A stretch of DNA of 64,000 bases from an uncultured Armatimonadia bacterium. Lineage in GTDB: Bacteria; Armatimonadota; Zipacnadia; CAVVLO01. Shown in pieces: positions 52,156-60,422 of this stretch (position 1 is the first letter of the stretch; every line of letters starts with the position of its first letter). The notes beneath the pieces were generated by a model that had not been told where the DNA came from, searched no databases, and worked only from the letters and a program-made list of their open reading frames with translations. Location: the NCBI GenBank assembly GCA_963749155.1, contig CAVVLO010000002.1, forward strand, positions 192,001 through 256,000, read 5' to 3'. The translations under genes were made by a program, and so were the position numbers.

Positions 52156-53526
52156 CTACTCGTAGCCGAACTCGCGTTCAACTTCGCTGATGGACTCCTC
52201 GATTATATCCATGCCTTTGGCGGCCAGCTCAAGGCTCATCACAATCGGGGGAGACATCCGCAATATATGCCCTGCCGGCACCCAGGCCAGCCCCTTGCTG
52301 AAGGCGCGTTGATATACCAGCTTGCCCGCCTCGTTGAAGGGTTCCTTTGTGGCTTTGTCTTTCACTAGTTCGACCCCAAGCAGGCAACCCTTGCCCCGGG
52401 CGTCACCCACAATGGGATGATCCGCAATCAGCGCTTTCAAGCGACCATCGAAATACTTGCCCAAAAGCTGCGCGTTCTCGAGTAGCCCCTCCTCTTCGAT
52501 CGCTTCGATGCTCGCCAGTGCTGCCGCGCAGGCCATCGGATTACCACCATAACTCGTTGAGGCGGAAATCTTTTCTATCGCGTCCTTATACCGCTCTGAC
52601 ACCAGCATCGCGGTTACAGGGAAGCCATTACCAAAACCTTTCCCCAGAGTCACAACATCGGCTCTGGTATCCCAGTGCTCCATCGCCAAATAGGTACCCG
52701 TGCGTCCCATACTGGTAAGCACTTCGTCCGCGAAGAGCAGGATGCCTCGTGCATCACAAAAAGCTCTCAGCTTGGGGAAGAAGTCATCCGGCGGGAAGAT
52801 AGAGCCGGCCCAACCCTGGATAGGCTCCAGTACGAAAGCCGCCACCTGACCTGTAGTGGCCTGTTCGATAAACTCGCCAAAGAAGCTTATATACGCGTCG
52901 GTGTCGATCGTCCCATCGGCTTTCTTCCACATCGGGCGATAAGGATCAGGACGCGGCACCATATAAAAGCCCTGAGCCCTGCCTGTCCCGCTTGTTGAGT
53001 TCATTTTGGCCAGGCTAATGGAGTGGCCGGTCTTCCCGTGGAAATCCATAAAGCATGAGATAAACTCATGCTTGCCCGTCGCGGCGCGACAGACTCTTAG
53101 TCCCGCTTCGACTGCCGTTGTCCCACTGTCATACAACTGGATTCCCGTCAGGTCCCAGGGCTGGATTTGGGCCAGCTTCTCAAGCAACTCGACTTTTATC
53201 GGCGTGTTGAAGTCGTGACAGTTCATCAGCGTGTTTGCGTAATGAGCCACAGCCTCGCTCACCTTGGGATGACAATGCCCCAAAGTCGTGACGTAGATGC
53301 CACTTGAGAAGTCGAGATAAGTGTTGCCATCTACATCGGTCAGTGTGACGCCATGACCCTTCTCGAATACCACGGGGAAAAGTTTCACCTGGCCAGAATA
53401 GCCAATCATCAGCTTCATCCCGCGCCCGTTAAGCTCCTGCGAGCGAGGGCCGGGCAGTTCTGAAGTAACCAGATGAGGGAGTGCGGCTGGGTTCACTTTG
53501 GCCCATTCAATATTGATCGTAGCCAT
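52156..53526 (-). CDS. Class III PLP-dependent aminotransferase
   Basis: DVDGNTYLDF, LGHCHP, FHGKT, EPIQG, ADEVLTSMGRTG, LGKG (PLP lysine), STSYGGNP. ATG at 53526 behind AGGAG. Confidence 0.93.
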   Translation of the reverse strand: MATINIEWAKVNPAALPHLVTSELPGPRSQELNGRGMKLMIGYSGQVKLFPVVFEKGHGVTLTDVDGNTYLDFSSGIYVTTLGHCHPKVSEAVAHYANTLMNCHDFNTPIKVELLEKLAQIQPWDLTGIQLYDSGTTAVEAGLRVCRAATGKHEFISCFMDFHGKTGHSISLAKMNSTSGTGRAQGFYMVPRPDPYRPMWKKADGTIDTDAYISFFGEFIEQATTGQVAAFVLEPIQGWAGSIFPPDDFFPKLRAFCDARGILLFADEVLTSMGRTGTYLAMEHWDTRADVVTLGKGFGNGFPVTAMLVSERYKDAIEKISASTSYGGNPMACAAALASIEAIEEEGLLENAQLLGKYFDGRLKALIADHPIVGDARGKGCLLGVELVKDKATKEPFNEAGKLVYQRAFSKGLAWVPAGHILRMSPPIVMSLELAAKGMDIIEESISEVEREFGYE

Positions 53527-53546
53527 CGCTTGCTCCTGTGTGTGTT

Positions 53547-53558
53547 TATGTTCGATAA
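53547..53558. promoter_or_regulatory. Candidate DeoR/GlpR operator half-site in the aminotransferase leader
   Basis: TATGTTCGATAA resembles the GlpR operator half-site WATGTTCGWT. Confidence 0.5.
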
Positions 53559-53578
53559 ACTTGCAGGTTCGCGCCTTT

Positions 53579-53607
53579 ATCGTAACGGTGGCCTGCATCA
53601 CTGTCAA
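53579..53607 (-). promoter_or_regulatory. sigma70 promoter of the aminotransferase operon
   Basis: Minus strand TTGACA-N17-TACGAT. Confidence 0.75.
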
Positions 53608-53629
53608 GCACTTTTTTTCATAAATGGTC

Positions 53630-53658
53630 TTGACAGTAACCCTTATCGGGCTTACCAT
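53630..53658 (+). promoter_or_regulatory. sigma70 promoter of the deoR-isomerase unit
   Basis: TTGACA-N17-TACCAT. Confidence 0.75.
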
Positions 53659-53661
53659 TGG

Positions 53662-53676
53662 TGTTCGAAGCGAACA
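53662..53676. promoter_or_regulatory. DeoR/GlpR-type operator palindrome
   Basis: TGTTCG-AAG-CGAACA overlapping the predicted +1 of deoR. Confidence 0.65.
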
Positions 53677-53690
53677 GTATGGAGGGCCCT

Positions 53691-54449
53691 ATGAGAACAA
53701 GACACGCCAGACTCCTCGAAGAGCTTAAACGCGCCGGTCAGCTCCGGGTTGCCGATGTCGCCAAGCGTTACGATGTGTCTACAATGACCATCCGGCGCGA
53801 CCTGGAAGAACTCGAAGAGCAAGGCCTTGTTGTTCGCACCCACGGCGGCGCAGTTCCCGCGGGGCGAGTTCGTTTACTCGGTTGGTCAGGCCCCTCAGGC
53901 GCGACCTCACCGACCAAGGCGGCAATCGGTGCCCTGGGCGCCTCCCTTGTCGAACCTGGCCAGACAGTGATGATTGACACCGGCACGACCGCGCTGGAAG
54001 TCGCCCGGCATCTCCCTCAAAATATCGGCCTTACCATTGCTACAACCTCTCTGCTCGTCGCGCAGGAACTCTATGCCAGCTCTATTGGCGTGCTGCTGCT
54101 GGGTGGACTGCTTCGCCGCGAGTTCCCAAGTCTTTATGGCCCCGTCACCGAATCCAACCTTATGGACCTGCACGTGGATATCGGTTTTGTAGGATGCGAT
54201 GGCGCCGATAGCGCTACTGGTTTCTACACCGCCGACGTGCATCTCTCCAATCTCGAACGCCAGATGGTCGAAGCCGCTGACAAGCGCGTGGTAGTTACCG
54301 AGAGCGCCAAGTTCGCCAGGCGCGCTTTTGTCCGGTATGCAGGGATAGAAGAACTGCATCTGCTCGTGACTGACCCTGCGCTCTCACCTGAAGACCATTC
54401 TCGCCTTGAAGAACGTGGGCTGAAGATTCTCTATACCGATGGAGAGTGA
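53691..54449 (+). CDS. DeoR/GlpR-family transcriptional regulator
   Basis: VSTMTIRRDLEELE...RTHGGA HTH, IDTGTT, LLGG; GGAGG RBS. Confidence 0.95.
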   Translation: MRTRHARLLEELKRAGQLRVADVAKRYDVSTMTIRRDLEELEEQGLVVRTHGGAVPAGRVRLLGWSGPSGATSPTKAAIGALGASLVEPGQTVMIDTGTTALEVARHLPQNIGLTIATTSLLVAQELYASSIGVLLLGGLLRREFPSLYGPVTESNLMDLHVDIGFVGCDGADSATGFYTADVHLSNLERQMVEAADKRVVVTESAKFARRAFVRYAGIEELHLLVTDPALSPEDHSRLEERGLKILYTDGE

Positions 54450-54929
54450 TCCAGTTGGGCAAATATGACGAAGTTGAGGTCCTGGGCCCCAAGCGTGAGC
54501 AGGTCATCGCCGAGGTCAAAGCCCAGATCGCCGAGTGGGGCCTCACGATGCCTTCTGTAGAGCCTCTCCCTCTCCACTTCGGCCTGCACGATTTCCGTGT
54601 GACGGGCGAGACCGAGTTCTGGGTGGCCAATGAGGAGGAGGCCGGCTGATTGCGGCAAGTTCCTTTTCGTCTTCGATGGCCAGACCTGCCCTTACCACCA
54701 GCACGTGATGAAGAAGGAGACTTTCTTCGTCCTCAAGGGCCAGGTGCGGATGAAGGTCGGCGAGGAAGAGCGGGTCCTTTCCGAGGGCGATCTGCTGACG
54801 ATGCCGCCTGGTGTCGCGCACAGTTTCACTGGCCTCGGCCCGGCCCTGCTGCTCGAGGTCTCGATGCCCTCAATCCTGCAGGATAACTTCTTCGCCGACA
54901 AGCGGATAGGCGAGGACGGCGTCATCTAG
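54446..54929 (+). CDS. D-lyxose/D-mannose isomerase-family cupin; one-base insertion at about 54648
   Basis: HFGL.DF..GETEFWVAN, [Y]CGKFL, GQTCPYHQH..KKETF, H.F, EVS, DNFF. The sequence GGC TGAT TGC restores G-Y-C if one G is removed. Confidence 0.85.
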
Positions 54930-54951
54930 CGCGTCCTACCTCAACGCAAAG

Positions 54952-54988
54952 CGAAGCCCCGGAGCACGAAGCCCCGGGGCTTGTTTCT
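54952..54988. terminator. Hairpin terminator between convergent genes
   Basis: AAGCCCCGG...CCGGGGCTT followed by GTTTC. Confidence 0.55.
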
Positions 54989-55007
54989 TCGCATGCGAGA
55001 ACCGCGA

Positions 55008-56426
55008 CTACCAATCGAGCCAGAGGATGCGGAAGGAGTCACCGATATCGAAAGTGCGGCCAGGCCCTTCATCATGTGCCGTTCTCATCGCGACAGAATC
55101 CGGGCTGTAAACCGCCAGGGACGGCAGGGCCCCCTCGGTCACTGGTGGGCCCAGCACTGCTCGCCCACCGACCAAGTCGAAGATGGACGGCCAGGAGCCG
55201 CCTGGGGAGAGCCGGCACGAGTAGGCCCTCAACTGCCAGTTGCCGTCCTGGCAGTATGCCAGGAAATGGCCACCGGACGGCATATCCGCGCCTTGCGCTA
55301 TCAACTCGCTCTTGAAGTGCCGCTGTATCTCCACCAGCAAGTAGCGCCCATCGTCCGACCATTCCACCGGCCTTTCGTTTGACTGACCCCAGCCGTTACT
55401 CTCCCAGCCTGCCGGGAAGGGCACAGAGGGCAGCGGACCCGGTGGCAGCCACACATTTTCGCCCTCGGCGTTGGCTGGTGGCCAGAGTCCTATGCAGCCT
55501 GAACCATCTGGTCGGGCAACAAAAGCACCTGCCCAAGATTCCTCAGGATTCACCGCTGTGAAGGCGACCCACTCGCCATCGGGGCTCCACTGCGGCGCCA
55601 TCTCTGTCACAGTGTCGGGCAAGCCGGTGAGCCGTTCAGGCTTCCACCAGGCACTGCTCATCCCAGTGTCCGCGAAACACGTCTGATGCTCCTTTCTCTC
55701 GGCCTTCGACCGGGAGCGATAGGTGTATAGCTTGCTGTGCTCATTGCCGAGTCCGTAGGGCAGAAACGGAGCTTCTTGAACGACGATCCCAGAGCTGTTG
55801 GGCGCATAGTCCATATCGCGGACGATGAGCAGGTCAGACCACTCGACATCTGTTGCGTAGTGCTCGCTGATCGGTTTACGCAGGGCCAACACCGGTGGCA
55901 GGGGCAGGAGAACCCAATCGACTGCTGCCTCGTCTTCTGGTAGTTCGGGCGCGGTCTGCATAACCAGATAGGTGAACTGACCGATCCGGTCGGACACCGC
56001 AACGGCCAGCAGTGTGCCATCCGCGGTCCACCTCAGTTGCGCCTCAGGCGCGCGGAGAGCGCGATCCCAGCGCGTGCTCAGCGGCGAGAGGACGCACCAG
56101 GCCCTGCCGTCAGTCCTTGCGACGAACACAGACCCCAGGTTTAGATACGCGAAGTATGTGTGAGCAGGATTCCACACAGGCCGCTCTCCGTTGCGGAAGA
56201 GCAGCTTGGGCTCAGGATTCTCGGCAAAGGGATCCAGGGCGTAGATGCCCGAGGGCCGCTTGCCGGAGGGGTCCTCGAGCTGCACTAGCATCTCCCGGCC
56301 GGTCAGCGGGCCATCGAAGGGCGCGGCGCGGTCGAACACCGTTGAAGGTTGGCAGCCAGCAATACTCGAGACAGCCATCGTGAAACCGAGTGCTATGCGC
56401 ACTAGCATTAAGGAATTTGTCGCCAT
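55008..56426 (-). CDS. Putative lipoprotein with TolB/PD40-like beta-propeller repeats
   Basis: Lipobox IAGC; PVWNP...FAY, PQWSPDGEWVAF, EWSDDGRYLL. Overlaps the upstream gene by 19 bp. Confidence 0.7.
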   Translation of the reverse strand: MATNSLMLVRIALGFTMAVSSIAGCQPSTVFDRAAPFDGPLTGREMLVQLEDPSGKRPSGIYALDPFAENPEPKLLFRNGERPVWNPAHTYFAYLNLGSVFVARTDGRAWCVLSPLSTRWDRALRAPEAQLRWTADGTLLAVAVSDRIGQFTYLVMQTAPELPEDEAAVDWVLLPLPPVLALRKPISEHYATDVEWSDLLIVRDMDYAPNSSGIVVQEAPFLPYGLGNEHSKLYTYRSRSKAERKEHQTCFADTGMSSAWWKPERLTGLPDTVTEMAPQWSPDGEWVAFTAVNPEESWAGAFVARPDGSGCIGLWPPANAEGENVWLPPGPLPSVPFPAGWESNGWGQSNERPVEWSDDGRYLLVEIQRHFKSELIAQGADMPSGGHFLAYCQDGNWQLRAYSCRLSPGGSWPSIFDLVGGRAVLGPPVTEGALPSLAVYSPDSVAMRTAHDEGPGRTFDIGDSFRILWLDW

Positions 56427-58837
56427 TTAGGCACGTCACACATCCCTTGGATATCGCGGATCTCCTCAAGACTGCACCATGGGAGCCCGTTAGTGCCGAC
56501 GTTATAGAGAAGTGCCTTGAACTCTTCGCAGATCTCTGCGCGGATGGCACAAGTAGTCCTATTCACTGCGCAGTGCCAGAACCTCTCCGACGCCGCATGT
56601 GTTATTTCGTGTAAAGCAATGTTGGTTGCGGCATACCTCCTGTCTGCCCACTCAATGTCTGCAGCTGCGAGGAAGTCCGGTAGCTGCAAGGTGTTGAGCG
56701 CACATATGCCAGGGTTGTCTGGCTGCGCATTACGCCACGCCCCTGCACTGTGGTGCACGTTAACTTGCTGGAGCACCTTCCAGAACTTAGGCCGCGGGGG
56801 CTTATTCTGGGCAACAGTGCTCAAGTTCACCGGCGCAACGAACAAGCCAGTCCATATCACCGTCTTTATGGTGTCGTACACGATGTGTTCTGGTTCCTCA
56901 TTCGGTTTCGCGATCCACTCGCCGGCTTTGGCGAAAGCCTTATGCGCCGCGATCTGGGTCGCAGACAACAGCTTGATCGCGTGAGGCCCGCCGAGTACAA
57001 ACGGTACCGTCTCTATCTCGCCCTCTGTCCAGCCCATTTGGAAGAAACGAACGCCAATTTCTCGAAACTGAGCCTCTACCCACGGCCAGTCGATGAGATA
57101 CGTTGACCAGATAGGACCCCAGTTCAGACTGTCTAAGTAGACATACAACACCTGCGGTTTTGTCTTGGAGTTCAACGCCAGGGCCTGCCGGTCCCGGTGA
57201 TCTCTGTACTCTATGGCATGGCCGTCAGTGCATTCAAGCACAAACAAGTAAGTGCCGCCCTTGTCGAACAGCGCAGTTGGTACTCCAAGGTACAGTCCGT
57301 GGGTGCTGCCGGTGGAGCTTGCCGTAAGACCGTCTTGCGCATCGTGCAGCGCACACTCAAGCGAGGCTACGTCCCATGAACCACGAAGCTGCATTTCGCT
57401 ATCGTACAGCCAGATTCGCCCCGCTTCGGCATCTGCATCCATGGCGTCTTTCAGCGCATACCAGCGTATGTAGTAGTAACTGACATCATCAGACGCATCA
57501 TCAGGTGTGCCGTTATCTACCTGCGCTTCGAACTCAACATCAAGAATGGGCTGCCCGTTCTCATCCAGCGCCCTTAGGATCGAGAGATATGGGCTGTTCA
57601 ACGCGATGCCGTCAGTGATCTGGAGTTCTGGGTACTCGTTGTCCTGGTCTTGCTGGGACACTTCGACATTGTAGGCGTAGGTCCACGGATCCACATACTC
57701 GCCTGCATCGTCCTTGCCGTCCCAGTTGAACACGTGCATGGCTCCAGTAACGCCAGTCTTAACCATAGTCCTGATAGGGGTGCGGTTGGTGGCATCTGAG
57801 ACACCTGTGTCATAGAGCTTCAGAGTCACGTTCATCAGGTCATTGAGGTCGTTGTCGGCGAGTTCTACGGTGATGGGGATGGTAGTGCTTGGCGTGCCAT
57901 CCCACCCAACCACCGGGGCTGGCGTTACCGTCTCGATAGTCACGTTCTTGACAGTCCGCGTGGTCTCGGCTTCCGCCTCCAACTGGCCAGTCAGTCCACC
58001 CACCAGGTAGCTGACGACAGTCGCCGTCAGCGCGTGGGGGCCGTTGTGGGTGGTCGTCGTTGTCCAGTTGACTCTGTACACAGCAGTAGTTACGCCGTCA
58101 GTCGTGCTGGAGGTTTCAAGTATCGCGGGTGGCCCATTGGTGACGTGGATGACGGGGCACTCGTGGAGCTCGGTCTGCTCCTGGGCATCGAGTGCCAGCG
58201 TTGCCACTATGCAGCCCCGGGTCACGACCTCGAGCTTGATGGGGGCTATCCCACCGAGCGTGCCACTTCCGATGAAGCTTACTTCACAGAGAGGCTTCTT
58301 GAGACTAATCATATCGCCGGCAGGGGCATCGTCACGCGATCCTGTGGCGGGCGGCGTGACAGTCGCTACATCATCAGCCGTGCATATGATCACCACGTCA
58401 TCGTTGTTGGTAAACTCTGCCGGCGCCTGCCAGTTAACGGTGGCTCCAGTGTTGCCGTTGGGGAAGGCGCCCTCTGAAGCAGACCATGTGTAGGTTAATG
58501 TGTCAGCGAATGCGGCGGCCATGCCGTTCAGCAAGCATTGGTCCAGATCTGAGCCGATCGCAGTGCACTGGGTGGTCGTGCCCGGCCCGGCGACCATACC
58601 ATCAGAAGGGGCCATGATGCTGACCGTGATAGGGGTGCCAGGACTCCACTCGCCAGAACCACTCGGTGGCGGAGGAGGAGGTGGTGGTGGTGGCAGGAGT
58701 GGCGGTATCTGCGCAATCGCTGGCATAACGGAGAGGGCGAGTAGCGCCAAGCTAATCAGCGCTACAATTGGAAAGAGGCTTCTTCCTCCGCCCCTTCGGG
58801 GGGGGGGGGGGGGGGCTACTTGGGGCCTTTGTTTCAT
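56408..58837 (-). CDS. Large secreted protein: signal peptide, poly-Pro linker, PKD/Ig-like and FlgD-Ig-like domains, C-terminal zincin-like (HExxH) domain
   Basis: ATG 58837 with AGAGGAG RBS; hydrophobic core ending AIA-Q; LTYTWSASEG...VNWQAP (Ig/PKD), FNWDGKDDAG (FlgD-Ig), ALHEITH...HC...C (56597-56611). Confidence 0.75.
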   Translation of the reverse strand: MKQRPQVAPPPPPRRGGGRSLFPIVALISLALLALSVMPAIAQIPPLLPPPPPPPPPPSGSGEWSPGTPITVSIMAPSDGMVAGPGTTTQCTAIGSDLDQCLLNGMAAAFADTLTYTWSASEGAFPNGNTGATVNWQAPAEFTNNDDVVIICTADDVATVTPPATGSRDDAPAGDMISLKKPLCEVSFIGSGTLGGIAPIKLEVVTRGCIVATLALDAQEQTELHECPVIHVTNGPPAILETSSTTDGVTTAVYRVNWTTTTTHNGPHALTATVVSYLVGGLTGQLEAEAETTRTVKNVTIETVTPAPVVGWDGTPSTTIPITVELADNDLNDLMNVTLKLYDTGVSDATNRTPIRTMVKTGVTGAMHVFNWDGKDDAGEYVDPWTYAYNVEVSQQDQDNEYPELQITDGIALNSPYLSILRALDENGQPILDVEFEAQVDNGTPDDASDDVSYYYIRWYALKDAMDADAEAGRIWLYDSEMQLRGSWDVASLECALHDAQDGLTASSTGSTHGLYLGVPTALFDKGGTYLFVLECTDGHAIEYRDHRDRQALALNSKTKPQVLYVYLDSLNWGPIWSTYLIDWPWVEAQFREIGVRFFQMGWTEGEIETVPFVLGGPHAIKLLSATQIAAHKAFAKAGEWIAKPNEEPEHIVYDTIKTVIWTGLFVAPVNLSTVAQNKPPRPKFWKVLQQVNVHHSAGAWRNAQPDNPGICALNTLQLPDFLAAADIEWADRRYAATNIALHEITHAASERFWHCAVNRTTCAIRAEICEEFKALLYNVGTNGLPWCSLEEIRDIQGMCDVPKWRQIP
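58798..58815 (-). repeat. 18-nt G/C homopolymer inside the 5' end of the CDS
   Basis: G18 on the + strand (C18 on the coding strand), about 8 codons after the ATG, read as poly-Pro. Confidence 0.9.
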
Positions 58838-58930
58838 TGGCAACTCCTCTTGAGTCAAAGATGATGAGTCTTCGCTGCTTCGAGTGTCGCTTCGCCCCGG
58901 CCAAAGGGTGCGTGCTGGACGTCCAGATTT

Positions 58931-58959
58931 ATCTTATCGCGAACCTATCCAACTGTCAA
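58931..58959 (-). promoter_or_regulatory. sigma70 promoter of the zincin/lipoprotein cassette
   Basis: Minus strand TTGACA-N17-TAAGAT with an AT-rich upstream tract (58960-59010). Confidence 0.7.
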
Positions 58960-59131
58960 TAACTTAATATGGTATATCTCTTTGTGCAAAGATTGTTATA
59001 TATTTTTGCAGTCCGGTATGCTGGTTTCGGGAGCGAAGATCCCGAAACACGCCAGCGAAAGGTAGGGGCGGCGGGCTAGCACTCCTGCCTTCCCACTCTC
59101 GCTTCCTGGCTGTTTCGAGGCTAGCCAGTTG

Positions 59132-60407
59132 CTAGCCCAGCGGATACCTTCCCCCTTCGACCAGCGCTTCGAACATCGCCACGACGTTCTCGGTGGGGGT
59201 CCGGGCCTGGATATTGTGGATGGCGTTGAAGACGAACCCGCCCCCTGGGCCGAATATCCGCAGTCGCTGCTTCACTTCCTCGCGCACCTGCTCGGGGGTG
59301 CCGAAGGGTAAGGTCTTCTGCGTGTCTACACCGCCACCCCAGAAGGTCGAGCCGGCTGCCATACTTTGCCTTCAGCTCGCGAGGCTCCATACAAGCCGCC
59401 GAGCACTGCACCGGATTGAAGATATCGAAGCCGGCGTCCAGGAAGTCTTCGATAAGCGCCTCGACCGAACCGCAAGAGTGGATTAACGCCTTCCAGCCTG
59501 TATGCTCGTGAACCCAGTCGCACACTCGTTTGTGGAAGGGCTTGAACAGCTTGCGATAAGCCGCCACCGAGATGAAGGGCGCGTTCTGCGTGCCGAAGTC
59601 CGTGCCTGTCACAAACACCGCCGCCACGCGTTCGCCAACCACCTGATGTATCCGGGCCAGGTTCTGTATGCCAATCTCGCACTGGCGCTCGAAGACCTCC
59701 CAGACATAGTCCTCGCGCATTATGGTGCTGACATACCATTCCTCGATATCGCGGATGCCTTTGGGATGTTTTAGCCAGGGCGCTGGTACGAGGGCAATGT
59801 CACCAAAACTGGTGCCGCCAAAACTGCCTACCAGCGCGCGTGAGGTCTTCGTCCAGAGGCGCTCTGCCTCGCAAGCAAACCAGTTCAGGTCATCATCGCT
59901 TATCGGCCCGAACTCTTCGAGGTTGTCGGCAGGGTCGAGAGCGTCATCATCGATTGGTTCTTGCCGCACGATTGAATCCACATACCAGCCTTCCGCTGGC
60001 AGTTTGCCACTGGGCGCAACTGACTTGTCACCTTCGGGGTAGAGCAGCAGGCTGCCATCTGGCTCGGGCTCGGTGTTAAAGCCCTCAGGCACCAGCAGGG
60101 GCGTGCCATCGTGGAAAGTCCACGGCTTCCACCCTTTGTTAGCGAAGCCGTAGAGAGTCTTCCTGCCTTCCAAAGGTACGGTATCAATACCAAGGGCATC
60201 TCTGAGGTCATCGTCGATCTCGCCAAGCAACTGGAAAGGCTCAACGACCTTGATGGGAGTACCTGGCGCGTCCAGGCCAAGAGCCTGACGCAACTTGTAG
60301 ATGGTAGTAGCATGCATACCGGTGACGGCAGTTGCGCCGAAATCCACTGGCACGCGGTCCGGCTCGCTGTGGTTGAGAGCTAGCGTGACTCGTTCTCTTG
60401 AGGTCAT
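59132..60407 (-). CDS. Uroporphyrinogen decarboxylase / MtaA-CmuA-family protein; frameshift near 59350
   Basis: MTSRERV...EPDRVPVDFG, TDFGTQ, IHSCG, NPVQCSA. The C-terminus FWGGGVDTQKTLPFGT...NAIHNIQ lies in ORF 59132-59362. Confidence 0.87.
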
Positions 60408-60422
60408 TTGGTGTCTCCTCCT

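Noticed and set aside
54647..54649. TGA in the lyxose-isomerase gene as selenocysteine or readthrough
   Set aside because: The downstream half is in a different frame; a one-base insertion in a TAT codon explains it.
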